The notes under the pieces: model-generated
Database searches by the model: none
Seen by the model: only the letters and a program-made list of their open reading frames with translations
What the model was told of the DNA's origin: nothing
Translations under genes and position numbers: made by a program
Assembly (NCBI GenBank): GCA_964016885.1
Contig: OZ024760.1
Coordinates: 16,492,001 to 16,556,000, forward strand
Length of the DNA stretch: 64,000 nucleotides
Reading direction: 5' to 3'
Source: Eledone cirrhosa
Lineage: Eukaryota
Part shown: piece by piece, positions 1-13,278 of the stretch
Layout of the letters: the number at the start of each line of letters is the position of its first letter
Numbering within the stretch: position 1 is the first letter of the stretch

Positions 1-535
1 CGACCTTCTCAGGAATAAGTGGACGAAGAAGAAGAAGGGAAAGACCATTATATTGACCCTATTACTTTCCTGAAAATTTATATTATCAATCAACTCGTAA
101 AAGATGAAAGGCAAAGTTGACCTCGGCGGGATTCGAACACTGAACGTAAAGGGCCGGAACAAACCCCGCTCCGTCTTTGAACAACTTTTTAATGATGACG
201 ATATTAATGGCAACCATACTTTAATAAAGATTATAGGGCAGAATCTCTGATCTATAGAAGAAGATCAATGACTGATTAACTAACTCGCCCTTGCTGCCAC
301 AGATCGATAATCTATAAATATTCAGTTCGATATCACAAGAACATATATGAAACATTTAAAACGTGAGAAACAGAGGCCAAGATTGTTAAAGTGAAGGATG
401 GAAAGGAGGAGGTGATAACATGAAAGTGTTGGAGGGGGAGGAGGAGCTGTGACTGTGTGGGAGGAGGTGGTGACTGACTGAGTGAGAGTAGGAGGAGCTA
501 GAGAATGTCTGGGAGGGGGTGAATGTGTGAGAGTA

Positions 536-1420
536 GGAGGTGGTGGCGTTGGTGTTGTTGTTGTTGGTGGTGGCGTTGTTGTAGGTGGTGGTGGTGTTGT
601 CGTCGTTGTCTTGGTGGTGGCGTTGTTGTCGTTGTCGTCGTCGTCATTTTGGTGGTGGTGGCGGCGTTGTTGTCGTTGTCGTCGTTGTTTTGGTGGTGGT
701 GGCGGCGTTGTCTTGGTGGTGGCGTTGTTGACGTTGTCGTCGTCGTCGTTTTGGTGGCGGTGGCGGCGTTGTTGTCGTTGTCGTCGTTGTTTTGGTGGTG
801 GTGGTGGCGTTGTTGTCGTTGTCGTCGTCGTCGTTTTGGTGGTGGTGGCGGCGTTGTCTTGGTGGTGGCGTTGTTGACGTTGTCGTCGTCGTCGTTTTGG
901 TGGCGGCGTTGTTGTCGTTGTCGTCGTCGTTGTTTTGGTGGTGATGGCGGCGTTGTCTTGGTGGTGGCGTTGTTGACGTTGTCGTCGTCGTCGTTTTGGT
1001 GGCGGCGTTGTTGTCGTTGTCGTCGTTGTTTTGGTGGTGATGGCGGCGTTGTAGGTGGTGGTGGTGGTGTTGTCGTTGTCTTGGTGGTGGCGTTGTTGAC
1101 GTCGTCGTCGTCGTCATTTTGGTGGTGGAGGTGGTGGTGGCGTTGTTGTCGTCGTCGTTTTGGTGGCGGTGGTGGTGGTGGCGTTGTTGTCGTCGTCGTT
1201 TTGGTGGCGGTGGTGGTGGTGGCGTTGTTGTCGTCGTCGTTTTGGTGGCGGTGGTGGTGGTGGCGTTGTTGTCGTCGTCGTTTTGGTGGTGGTGGCGTTG
1301 TTGTCGTTGTCGTTTTGGTGGTGGAGGAGGTGGTGGCGTTGTTGTCGTTGTCGTTTTGGTGGTGGAGGAGGTGGTGGCGTTGTTGTCGTCGTCGTTTTGG
1401 TGGCGGAGGTAGGTGGTGGT
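536..1420. repeat. GC-rich composite triplet repeat (GGT/GGC/GTT/GTC)
   Basis: Direct inspection; source of the stop-free ORFs at 482-1514. Confidence 0.9.
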
Positions 1421-1597
1421 GGAGGGGTGGCACACAGCTAAACCCATGAATTAACGTTTTAGCAACAGAGTTGACAGATTCCTGTAAATTAAATTTATGA
1501 CGTAGTTTAAACATGAGATCAAAGACTTTGGAGCGGAACGGCGTGTGATCGGGTGGAGGACATTCGATTATCGATCAGAAGCTGGATTTAACAAACA

Positions 1598-1955
1598 TGT
1601 TATTTATTTACGCTAGATAATGTTATTTAGTGACGTTACGTAATGTTATTTAGTGACGTTACGTAATGGTTACGTAATATTATTTATTGACGCTAGATAA
1701 TGTTATTTGGTGACGTTACATAATGTTATTTATTGACGCTAGATAATGTTATTTGGTGACATTACAATGTTATTTATTGACGCTGGAAAATGCTATTTGG
1801 TGACGTTACATAATGTTATTTATTGACGCTAGATAATGTTATTTGGTGACATTACAATGTTATTTATTGACGCTGGAAAATGCTATTTGGTGACGTTACA
1901 TAATGTTATTTATTGACGCTAGCTAATGCTATTTATTAACACTATTTAGTGACGT
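1598..1955. repeat. About 23-bp minisatellite (taatgttatttattgacgctaga / taatgttatttggtgacgttaca)
   Basis: Two alternating variants with a higher-order duplication. Confidence 0.9.
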
Positions 1956-2167
1956 AAAATAATTGTTTCTACTTTTGGCACAAGGCCAACAATTACCCAG
2001 TACATTACTGGTACTTTATTTTATCGACCCCGTAAGGATGAAAGGCAAAGTTAACCTCGGCGGGATTTGAACTCAGAATGGCAAGGGCCGTAACTCTATA
2101 CGTCAAAGCATAGCGTCCGACCCTCTACCGATACTGCCAATCCACCCGTAAAATAATTGTTTCTACT
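1953..2167 (-). mobile_element. tRNA-derived SINE, family A (Nin-domain-like centre)
   Basis: A box ggattggcagtatcggtagag, B box gagttcaaatccc, central gcctttcatccttacggggtcgataaaataaagtaccag, (ATT)n tail. Flanked by direct repeat cgtaaaataattgtttctact. Confidence 0.85.
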
Positions 2168-2186
2168 AAAATAATGATAGCTGTTG

Positions 2187-2217
<31 letters not shown>

Positions 2218-2467
2218 CAGTAATTATCTATATATGGGCACTTAACTCTTCATTATGTCGTAGGGGCGGCGTCTTGGCATACAGCCTGTCCTGGGCATTT
2301 TAAACTCGACAGAGCTCATCCCTCTCCAGGACTGATCACAACTGATTTCTTCCACGAAAAACACTTAATGAAGGTCACTTATGTTGAGATGGCAAAATAG
2401 GTTGTGCGTCGAACAAAAATTAGCCGCCTTCTTTTCCGGCTTCGTAGCAGTAATGTGTGCGCGCGCG

Positions 2468-2710
2468 ACAGCTCACACCTATGTAGGTTTAGCTGGCCTC
2501 CTCCAAGGTATATCTCGCTGGAGGTGTCTTGGGTAATTTAATGATAGGGACCCCAGTCCTATCATCTCATTTCTACAGTTGAGTAAACTGGAGTAACGTG
2601 AAATAAAGTGTCTTGCTCAAGGAAACAACACATTACCCGGTCTGAGAATCGAACGCACAACCTTTCGATTACAAGCCCAATGCTCTAACCACTAAGCCAT
2701 GCGTCTTCAC
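2468..2710 (-). mobile_element. tRNA-derived SINE, family B
   Basis: Head gaagacgcatggcttagtggttagagcattggg, B box gcgttcgattctc, central ccttgagcaagacactttatttcacg, tail ending aaacctacataggtgtgagctgt. Confidence 0.85.
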
Positions 2711-4339
2711 CAGTAATACACCGGGGTTAATCATATAGACTATACTTGCTTTTCCTCAAAGGTTTTTCCACCTTTTTCTATAGGTAGACATTTGTTATAG
2801 ATATTATTGGTGTTGTTGTTGTTGTTATGGCTGTTACTATCTTTGTTGTTTTAATTGTGGTTGTTGTTATTGCTGTTGTTGTTGTCACTATTGTCATCGC
2901 TGTGATCATTGTTGTTGTTATAGCTGTCTTTGTTGTTGTTGTTATTGTGTCGTTGTTATTGTGTCGTTGTTATTGTGTCGTTGTTATTGTCGTTGTTGTT
3001 ATTGTGTCGTTGTTATTGTGTCGTTGTTGTTATTGTGTAGTTGTTATTGTGTCGTTGTTATTGTGTAGTTGTTATTGTGTCGTTGTTATTGTGTCGTTGT
3101 TATTGTGTAGTTGTTATTGTGTCGTTGTTATTGTGTAGTTGTTATTGTGTCGTTGTTATTGTGTCGTTGTTATTGTGTAGTTGTTATTGTGTCGTTGTTA
3201 TTGTCGTTGTTGTTATTGTGTCGTTGTTGTTATAGCTGTTGTTGCTGTCTTCGTGTTGTTATTTCTATCGCCATGTTCTTGATATTACTATTACTATAGC
3301 TATTGTTGTTGTTATTATTGCCGTTGTCATAAAATTTTGATTAAAGCAACGCAATGATAAAACAAAGCAAAACTCGCCATTAAAATTCTCCAAATGTTTC
3401 GCTGTAATTACTGAAAGTTGGCGATCAAAACGTTTCCTCATTAATTAAGAAAACAAACCTCCATCAGAACTAATTAGAGAGCAAAGATAATAGAAGGATG
3501 TTATATATTGGAAGTTCTGAAGATACAGATTTGACCTTAGTTTTTTTCCCCAGGGGTCAACTGGTCAAAAATATATTTGTTAGTAGTAATTGTTGTTTAG
3601 AGTTTCTTTTATATCTCCACACACACATGTATATGTATGTATATATATATGTATGTATGTATATATATATGTATATATGTGTATATATATATGTATGTAT
3701 ATGTATGTATGTATATGTATGTATGTATGTATGTATATGTATGTATGTATATATATGTATATGTATGTATATATATGTATATGTATGTATATATATGTAT
3801 ATGTATGTATATGTATGTGTATATATATGTATATATATATGTATATATATGTATATATATATGTATATATATGTATATATATATGTATATATATGTATAT
3901 ATATATGTATATATATGTATATATATATGTATATATATGTATATATATATGTATATATATATGTATATATGTATATATATATGTATATATGTGTATATAT
4001 ATATGTATGTATATATGTGTATATATTTATGTATATATATATGTGTGTGTGTATATATATGTGTATATATACATGTGTGTGTGTGTGTATGTGTATATAT
4101 ATACATGTGTGTATATGTGTATATGTATATATATATGTCTATATATATATACATGTGTGTGTGTGTGTGTGTATGTGTATATATGTATATATATATACAT
4201 ATGTGTATATATATACATGTATGTGTGTATATGTTTATATATATATGTATATGTGTGTATATATATATGTACACATATGTATACATATATATGTGTGTAT
4301 GTATATGTGTATATATATATGTACACATATGTATACATA

Positions 4340-4397
<58 letters not shown>

Positions 4398-4413
4398 CAC
4401 ATATGTATACATA

Positions 4414-4462
<49 letters not shown>

Positions 4463-4714
4463 GTGTGCGTAAATATATAACATATATATATATATTAAAG
4501 AAATTATTTAGCCTGATAGTGGGGTTAAGAACCCTCGGAGAAATGGTAAAAGATGAGTATTGACTCCCAAGTACCTCAATACTCATCTTTTACCATCTCT
4601 CCGAGGGTTCTTAACCCCACTATCAGGCTAAATAATTTCTTTAGTCAAAATACGGCGATAGCTTACATTTCTAATAATTTCAAACCCACTCGCTGTTTCG
4701 AAAATATTCTTACT

Positions 4715-4748
<34 letters not shown>

Positions 4749-4769
4749 TTACACATACACACACACATG

Positions 4770-4818
<49 letters not shown>

Positions 4819-4839
4819 TTACACATACACACACACATG

Positions 4840-4888
<49 letters not shown>

Positions 4889-4909
4889 TTACACATACAC
4901 ACACACATG

Positions 4910-4949
<40 letters not shown>

Positions 4950-4968
4950 GTTCTTTATATATATATAA

Positions 4969-5313
4969 AGAACTGGCCCTCCGTCCGTTACGACGACGAG
5001 TTTTCCAGTTGATCCGATCAACGGAGCCGCCGCCTGCTTGTGAAATTAACATGCAGGTGGCTGAGAATTCCACAGACACGTGTACTTTTAAACGTAGTTC
5101 TCAGGGAGATTCAGCGTGACACAGAATGTGACATGGCTGGTTCCTGCGAATTACAGGTACAACTCATTTTTGACTCAACAGCTGAGTTGACTAGACAGGG
5201 GCAACGTGAAATAAAGTGTCTTGCTCAAGGATACAGCGCACCACCAGGAATCGAACACGCGACCCCTTGCCATTGTGAGCCGAATGACCCTATTCACAGA
5301 GCCACGGGTCTTT
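4969..5313 (-). mobile_element. tRNA-derived SINE with family B-like head and a different long tail
   Basis: Head and central domain at 5150-5313. The tail ccgttgatcggatcaactggaaaactcgtcgtcgtaacggacggag resembles a common octopus SINE (from memory, not searched). Confidence 0.75.
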
Positions 5314-5334
5314 ACACATATCTATCTATCTATC

Positions 5335-6047
5335 TCGGCGGGTAAAATTCCCGAGATCCATGGACGAGTTCTCTCCAGCGGTCTCTGTCCCTCATTATCT
5401 CTGCCATGTCCTGTGTCTCCCAGAGACCAGTGTCCGTCCTTAGGGCATCAACATATGTCAACCTCGATTTCCCTCTTCCAGTGTGTCCATGTAGGGGCTC
5501 CCACAGGAGCACTGAGTGTCATGTCAACTCTGGATGTCGGTGAGTATGTCAAGCTAACCTCAGTCTCCTCTGTGCTACTCTCGAGCTGACTTTTGGGAGG
5601 CTCCCGTACAGCTCTGAGTTCTTCATCCTCAGTGTGTACTGATTAATGTTCAGAGCCATCCTCACCATTCTCGTGTAGCACCCATCCACCATCTGAGTGA
5701 GTTTCTTGGTCAGTGTCCAAGTCTCAGACCCGTACAGCAGCACAGACTCCACTACAGAATATTAAGAAGCCAGAGAAGATTACCAATGTAGGCGGAAAGC
5801 CGCTAGAATTGGTTGAGGACTTCCTGTATCTGGGAGCAAAGATTGGAAATACGGAAGATGATGTGGTCGAGAGGAAGAGCAAAGCCTGGGTGGCGTTCCA
5901 CAGTTTGAGATCGGTGTGGAAGTCTGACCTTCGTAAAGACCTGAAGATCCGTCTCTTCGTTGCTGTAGTGGAGTCTGTGCTGCTATACAGGTCTGAGACT
6001 TGGACACTGACCAGGAAACTCACGCAGATGGTGGATGGCTGCTACAG
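5335..6047 (-). mobile_element. RTE-clade LINE 3' fragment with inverted 5' segment
   Basis: Minus 5335-5755 encodes ESVLLYGSETWTLTKK...GRGKSRLTYVD...RDRDRWRELV and ends in an (AGAT)n tail. Plus 5756-6047 encodes the upstream LELVEDFLYLG...KIRLFVAVVESVLLYRSETW region. Internal stops present. Confidence 0.9.
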
Positions 6048-6541
6048 ACATATATCGTTCGTAATTTAACATGTTTCCCCAATATGTAACAGACAATTAA
6101 AATTTCTCATCATTAATTAATCTTCTTATATCAACTAATTAGCTTATTAATGTTGTTGTTGTTGTTGTCGTCGTCTTTCAGTTTTGTCTCTGATTGTTTA
6201 TTGTGTGTGTGTGTGCGTGTGTTTGTATACGTATGTGCGCGCGCGTGCGTGTTTGTGTGTGTGTGTGTGTGTTTGTATGTGTTTGTGTGCGTGTGTGATT
6301 GTGTGTGTGTGTTTATGATGGCGTGAGCGTATAATGTACACGAAGAAGGTGGTCAATCGAATAGGAATTTCGAGACTAGAAATATGTGGTAACCTATCCA
6401 CTACCATGCTAGTAATCGATACATCGATTTTCCACGATCAATCGACCCTCTGAAATGATCGTAAAACAATGAATTAATTAACTACCTACTTCTGATTTAT
6501 GTCTTGCTTTCATTGTTTTTCACACATACACACACATACTT

Positions 6542-6665
<124 letters not shown>

Positions 6666-6680
6666 ACGCACATTTATATT

Positions 6681-6763
6681 TACTGGGTGTCCCAAAAAAT
6701 GTATACACACTTTGATTGCCTGTACAGGTAATGAAAGTGTGTATACATTTTTTGGGGGAAACC

Positions 6764-6768
<5 letters not shown>
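6681..6768. mobile_element. Palindromic Tc1/mariner-like MITE (family M2)
   Basis: TAC(T)GGGTGTCCCAAAAAATGTATACACACTTT...AAAGTGTGTATACATTTTTTGGG..ACCCTGTA centred on TGTACA; related copy at 61909-61986. Confidence 0.75.
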
Positions 6769-6795
<27 letters not shown>

Positions 6796-6796
6796 G

Positions 6797-6891
6797 TTTA
6801 TCTCGGGTTCAATCGGGGGTGGGCCACAGTAAGGCTTCCTGATGCTTCATTTCTCCCGAATGAAACAGTTCTAGTCCTGTAGAAGCCATTT
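6797..6891 (+). mobile_element. Short H3-family element in (TA)n; hammerhead core disrupted by a 4-nt insertion
   Basis: GGCUUC-CUGAUG(cuuc)A-UUUCUCCCGAAU-GAAA-CAGUUCUAGUCCUG-UA-GAAGCC. The 5' part is the reverse complement of the family tail at 25808-25845. Confidence 0.7.
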
Positions 6892-6908
6892 CTCTCTATA
6901 TATATATA

Positions 6909-6947
<39 letters not shown>

Positions 6948-7302
6948 ACACCCACATATATATACACACACATATACCAACACACATATATAAGGTAAAT
7001 CGTCTTTTACCAGCACTAAACTATGTGATAGCAGACGACCAGCATACGTCATCATTTTCATATTTCAATGGCGTTTGTAGGAGATATTTTCCTGTCGATT
7101 GATCCGTACACAGATGGAGGCCACACCATGTTCTAGACAATATAATAATACAATAGGCTATTGAACCGTTCCATAAACGGCTTCTTTACGTTTCATTTGT
7201 GTTATTTTTCATTTTTTATCTTCACACACACACACACATTAATAATGAATAGGAACGAGGTATCAAAACTGGTGGACCGAATAATAGCTACACGTTACAC
7301 AC

Positions 7303-7369
<67 letters not shown>

Positions 7370-7477
7370 TTGTGTGTGCACGCGTGTGGAACAAAATAAA
7401 AGTGGGTAACAATTTCAGTGGACACCAGTTACAGAAGCTATTACCATTCAAGAGGGGGATGCATTTTTGTTATAATA

Positions 7478-7838
7478 ATGGTTTCTGATTTAGGCACAAG
7501 GCCAGCAATTTGTGTAAGAGTGAAAGTCGATTAAATCGACCTCAGTACGTTACTGGTACTTTATTTTATCGACTCCGTAAGGATGAAAGACATCATCCTG
7601 TACAGATCTTAATGCTTTTCTTGATTAGAACTCTTTGTGATTGATATATTAATATTATTTAGAGCGTCAGACACTATGCTTTGCAGCATAGTTATGGCCC
7701 TTTACGTTCTGAGTTCAAATCCCACGAGGTTAACTTTGCTTTTTATCCTTACGGGGTCGATAAAATAAAGTACCAGTAATGCACTGGGATAATTGCTAGC
7801 ATTGTACCAAAAGTAGAAACACTACTATTATTATTATT
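7478..7838. mobile_element. Two SINE family A copies in opposite orientation
   Basis: Minus partial copy about 7478-7590, plus copy about 7660-7838, same central domain. Confidence 0.8.
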
Positions 7839-7857
7839 TTCTAGGAGTCTCAGTCAT

Positions 7858-7893
<36 letters not shown>

Positions 7894-8789
7894 CCGATAC
7901 TTGCGGTATTTCAGGCGACTTCGGACTGAATGTAAAACCACCGGAACTGGGTCGATTCTCATTGATCGAATGTGGTCAGGTGGAAAGGTTGCGTTGGGCC
8001 CTTTCATGTGTTGTTAGTATTACTGACAGTTGACAGCCCTGACATTGTAATTTGGTTAATGTTTTGCTGCTTCTGTGTTGGAGAGACAGCATTCTAGTCG
8101 TTTGACATCTGACAAGAAGGACTTCTCTTTGTTTGGATTTGAAAAAAAAAAAAAAAAAAAAAAGGTTTTTCTAGAAGAAAACACTTTTTATGCCGACAGA
8201 GAATGAAGAGTTTGGATCTTCGGTTCAGCGATCTTGTTGGTCGAGTCAGGATCTGCAAGCTTCTCAGATAAATATAAGTTGCGTCTTTACAAATCATATT
8301 AGTGTATTAAGGGGCTCTTTTCACGAAATTCCAGATTATTTGAACACTTTCAATTCCGCTGTCTGTTCTTATTGTGCACATATCTAGAAATTTTAGTGGC
8401 AATGGAATTGAAAATATCATGGACTGAGCAGCCATTATCCATTAACCGGGCAAGGTGATACACTTTCTGTCTATTTGCAAAGTTCTAGATCTCGAAACAG
8501 AGCTTCCAATACTGCTGAACAGAAGAAGATCCGAGTTCTTCATTCTCTGCCGTCACAGGAGGCCATTTCTTCTGGCAAAATTTCAAATCCAAGCAGATTA
8601 GTTAGTGTTTGTTGTAGGAACGTAAAGAGCCAGAATAAATGTCCCAAAGAATTTTCTCCGACTCTTTACCAATTCTGCCAATCCATCGTCCTAATTATAA
8701 TAGTAGTATTAGTGATAATATCATCATAACTAACAAGAGCCAGTATATTGGCTGTATTGAATGAAATAAAAAAACACACGCACACACGC

Positions 8790-8884
<95 letters not shown>

Positions 8885-8904
8885 ATAATGATAATAATAA
8901 TAAT

Positions 8905-8960
<56 letters not shown>

Positions 8961-10180
8961 GAAAAAAGTAAAAAAAATAACAATGACAACAAAAAGACAA
9001 GCAACATCAATAGCAACAACAATAACATCATGAAATGGTATATAAAGAGACAAAATATTTACAATAACAACAAATAAAGCAAAACGAATCTATACAAAAA
9101 TAAGACGGAACGAAACCATACAAAAATATGACGAAACGAAAGGAAAGGAAATGGAAGGAAATGGATAAAAAAAAATAATAAAAAAGCAGACGATAATTTA
9201 TATTGAAATAAATAGTAAGTAAATAAAGAGAAAAAAGAAGACATCCACAACAAAATTTCGTCTTTATACAATCCAGAAAGTAAAACAGCAACAATCTTTG
9301 TAAATAAATAATTAAATAAATAAATAGATAGTTAACAGATTTTTAGGAAAAAAAAAAACAAGAAAAAAAAACAAGAAAAAAACATGAAAAAAATGGAGGG
9401 GAAGAAGGAGGAAGGGGTCGGTGAGTGTTTGACAAGATTTCGTGAGAGAGGATGTTAGGTGGGTTAAGTTAAATAGTGTGTGGTGGTGGTGAGGTGGAGG
9501 TGGTGGTGGAGGTGGTGAGGTGGAGCTGGTGAGGTGGAGGTGGTAGTAGTGGTGAGGTGGTGGTGGAGGTGGTAGTAGTGGTGAGGTGGATTTTTGTGAA
9601 GGCCCCAGAGATCGGGGGTGGGCGGGATGGGGGAGGGGGTGGTGGTGGTGGTGATAGGTAAGGAAGGTGAGAGAGGGCGAGGAAGGAGTGAAGGAAGAGT
9701 GTTTATATTATATATTTTGATTTGATTTTTTTTTTTTTTTTGCATGTGCAAGTGTAGTTGGTATTGTTGTTATGGTAACTTGGTGGTTTTGGGGGGGGGG
9801 GGTTCTTCGGGGTGAGGGGGTTGGAGGAGGGTTTAGAGAAAAACTGACTGACGGAAAGACAGACGGAGATAGGCGAAGATTGACGAAGGATAAAATGAAA
9901 AGAAAACGAAAAGAAAACAGGCGATGGAGATATGGAGGGAGGGGGGGTATTTGAGGGTGGTGGGGTGTTTAACGATCTGTGGAGGGTTATTTTATATATT
10001 ATTATTATTACCATTAACATCCTCCAGCATTTTGCGCCATTGGGCGCCAATAAAAGAAACCATTATCAACATTATTATTATTATTATTAATATTATTCAA
10101 AATTATTCAAATTATCAACATTATTATCAACATTATTCACATTATCATTAAAATTTTTATTAATATTGTTTATATACATA

Positions 10181-10241
10181 TATTGGGTCGTCAAGTATCA
10201 AATTTGTAGAAATTTGTACAAATTTCATACTTGACGACCCA

Positions 10242-10244
<3 letters not shown>
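10181..10244. mobile_element. 64-bp mariner-like MITE (family M1)
   Basis: TATTGGGTCGTCAAGTAT...ATACTTGACGACCCAATA; TA ends, almost fully palindromic. Confidence 0.8.
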
Positions 10245-10274
<30 letters not shown>

Positions 10275-12257
10275 TGTATGTATGTATATATATATATATA
10301 TATTATTATTATTACTGTTGTAATTGTGGTGGTGGTGGTGGTGGAAGGGGGGGGGGATATGATTCGAGGGTGGGTGGTGTTGGAAAGGCAAGAGTGACGG
10401 AGATAGACGGAAATAGACGGAGAAAGACACGTAGAAATGGCATTGGAACGTTTTCTTAGAGGGATTTTGATGAAATGGTGGGAGTTCGCACGGTGAAATT
10501 TGAGTTTATCATAAAAAAAGTCTGTGTGTATGTATGTGTATAAGTGTCTGTGCACATATGCATGTGTTTAAATATATATTTTCACTTGAAAAAAACATTT
10601 TCTTTTCCATATTTTTTTTTTCTCTCTCATTAATGTTCTTACATCATTTTAAATGTTCGTACAACAAATCGCAAATGTTCGTATATCATCGTAAATGTCC
10701 GTACAACATTGTTAATGTTAGCACACCTTCGCAACATCGTGACTGTTCGTATTCGTACATTCTCGTGAATGTTGGTACAACATCGTAACTTCGTAGATGA
10801 TCGTAAATGTTCGTACAACATCGTAATTTCGTAGATGATCGTAAATGTTCGTACATTCATCGGAAATGTTCGTTCTTTGTTAGTCCACAGAAAGAGAGTT
10901 CTTGTTTTAATCTTTTTACTTTTTATTATTTTTTTTTATTTGAAATTTTTAAAATTTATTTTGATTTTCTTTTTTAGTAAGGCGGGAAGTGATCACGTGA
11001 CGTACTTTCTCTCTATAGAAACATTAACACCGGTTAGTGGAAAGCAGTATAGCATTGTAACAGTAGTAGTAGCAGCAATAGAAGTAGTAATAATAGTACT
11101 AGTAGTAATAGTGGTAGTAGTAGAAATACTAACAGTAGTAATAGCAGCAGCACAGGTAGTAGAAGTAACCGTAGTAGATGTAGTTTATTAACACAGTTAC
11201 AAAAAGGTGGGAAGTGAGATTCTGTGAGGTTCATGCCCTTTCTATCTCAAATACATTAGAAATGGAACAAACAAATATCAAAGCCGTTACGCCATTTTGT
11301 TATTTGCTTCCTGTTCAGCAGTGAACCTCTTTCTTGCTGAAGTACAAGGCTAGAGACGGCGGTAGGCGGATATTTCTTTACTTTGGCCAGTGTATTACTG
11401 TATTTATTTAAACGACCCTCTAGCACCCCCCCCCCCCCCCTCACTACCCATGGGAGAGAGAAAAGGCAGAACTGATTTCAGAATTGATTCGAACCCCCTC
11501 AACACACAAGAGTATAAAAGAGATTTGCTTGTAACTCTTCATGTCTGGTGCCTTTTAGTCTCATCTCGAATATATTCAGTAACAGCAAGAATAACAAAAA
11601 ACCAATACTAATAACTACGACGACAACATTCTCTAACGTTGGCACAAGGCCACAGATTTTCGGTCAGGGGTACATATGGTTTCATTGACCCCGGTACTTG
11701 TAAAGATATAAGGCAAAGTGGACCTCCGCGGGATTTGAACCCTGTAAATATCTGATTTGAGGATGTAAAATATAGAGGGAACAGCTGTAATTGGGGATCG
11801 AAACCTTCACTACAACGTATGTAGATGTAGAGAGTGGAAATATCAGGCTTAACACCGACCCCTTTACCCACCACCAGAAAAAACCGGATCTACTAAACCT
11901 AGTTCGCTGATCTCTAATACCGGGCTTCTATATATAATCTTAACACCCCCACCTCCTCTAGCCCCATAAAACAGATAGGTACCAGTTATACATTGCAGTA
12001 GATTCAACGAATGTCATCCCCTTCCTTAACAAAGAAAGAAACAAAACCCACAAACAAAAAAATTAAAACAAAACAAAGCGAAACACAAAAGAGAAATGAA
12101 TTGATTATAACGGAATTAATTGTCCTGTGCTGTACTTAATGTATGTTTATTGTAAACCCTTTGTGGTCAATAAAGAAAACATTGTTATTATTATTGTGCT
12201 ATTTCGTTTAGCTCAGTTCTGTTTCAATGTTGCTGGGTTCAGGCCTTGAAACTGAGA

Positions 12258-12305
<48 letters not shown>

Positions 12306-12804
12306 TGAGTCTCAGTCATTGATGTTATTTAACTGGAAAGTTTGTTCAAATGAATATTAAGCCCTAACGCAGCCTCAGATATTCATATTGTTATTATTAT
12401 GGAACTAGAGTATTTGCGATTGTAGATTGACAGTAAGTGGGAAGGCACTTGCCTTGGGGGGGGGGGGGGAGGATTTGTCAATTATTCTGATATGTCAAAA
12501 GATGATAAATTGAGATGAATGGAGGGGTAAACCACCTAACAGATAACTTAAGATGCTATCACTTATATTATCTATCTATTTATTATCATAAGTGATGGTG
12601 TTGCTATTGTTGGTGGTATTTTTGGTGGTGTTACTATAGTTGTTGTTGTTTCTGTTGTTGGGGGTGTTGTTGATATTGTTGTTGTTGTAGTCACCACCGC
12701 CTGTTAGTATCACTAAAGGTTAACGTTAGTATTACAGTTATTAAATGTAATAATACATAGGTAACTCAAACAAACAAACAAAACACAACGTTATTCAAAG
12801 AATA

Positions 12805-13278
12805 GGTTAGGTCAAATCAATCAATGGTGAGGTGAGGTCAGCTGAAACAATGGGTAGGTCAAGTCACTCAATGGTGAGGTCAGGTCAACTAATGCGTAGG
12901 TCAGGTCCAGTCAACTAATGGTTAGGTCAGGTCAACCAATGCGTAGGTCAGGTGAATCAATGGTGAGGTCAAGACAATCAATGGTTAGGTCAGGTCAACC
13001 AATGGGTAGGTCAGGTCAAGTCATTCAATAGTGAGGTCAAGTCACTCAAGGGTGAGGTCAAGATAATCAATGGTTAGGCGAAATAAATGGTCAGGTCAAC
13101 CAATTGTTAGGTCAAATCGATGGTTAGGTCAAGTCAATCAATGGTTAGGTCGGTCAACCAATGGTTAGGACAAATCAATGGTTAGGTCAGGTCAACCAAT
13201 GGTTAGTTAGGTCAACCAATTGTTAGGTCAAATCAGTGGTTAGGTCAACCAATGGAGTAAGTCAGGTCAACCAATGGT
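12805..13278. repeat. Degenerate tandem array built from AGGTCA/CAAT units
   Basis: Repeating ggttaggtcaggtcaaccaat variants. Confidence 0.9.

Noticed and set aside
482-1514. Long ORFs on both strands (up to 338 aa)
   Set aside because: Triplet-repeat DNA open in many frames; no domain or splice support.
3498-4586. YI/CV/HT-rich ORFs here and throughout the window
   Set aside because: Translations of (TA)n, (TG)n and (CA)n microsatellites.
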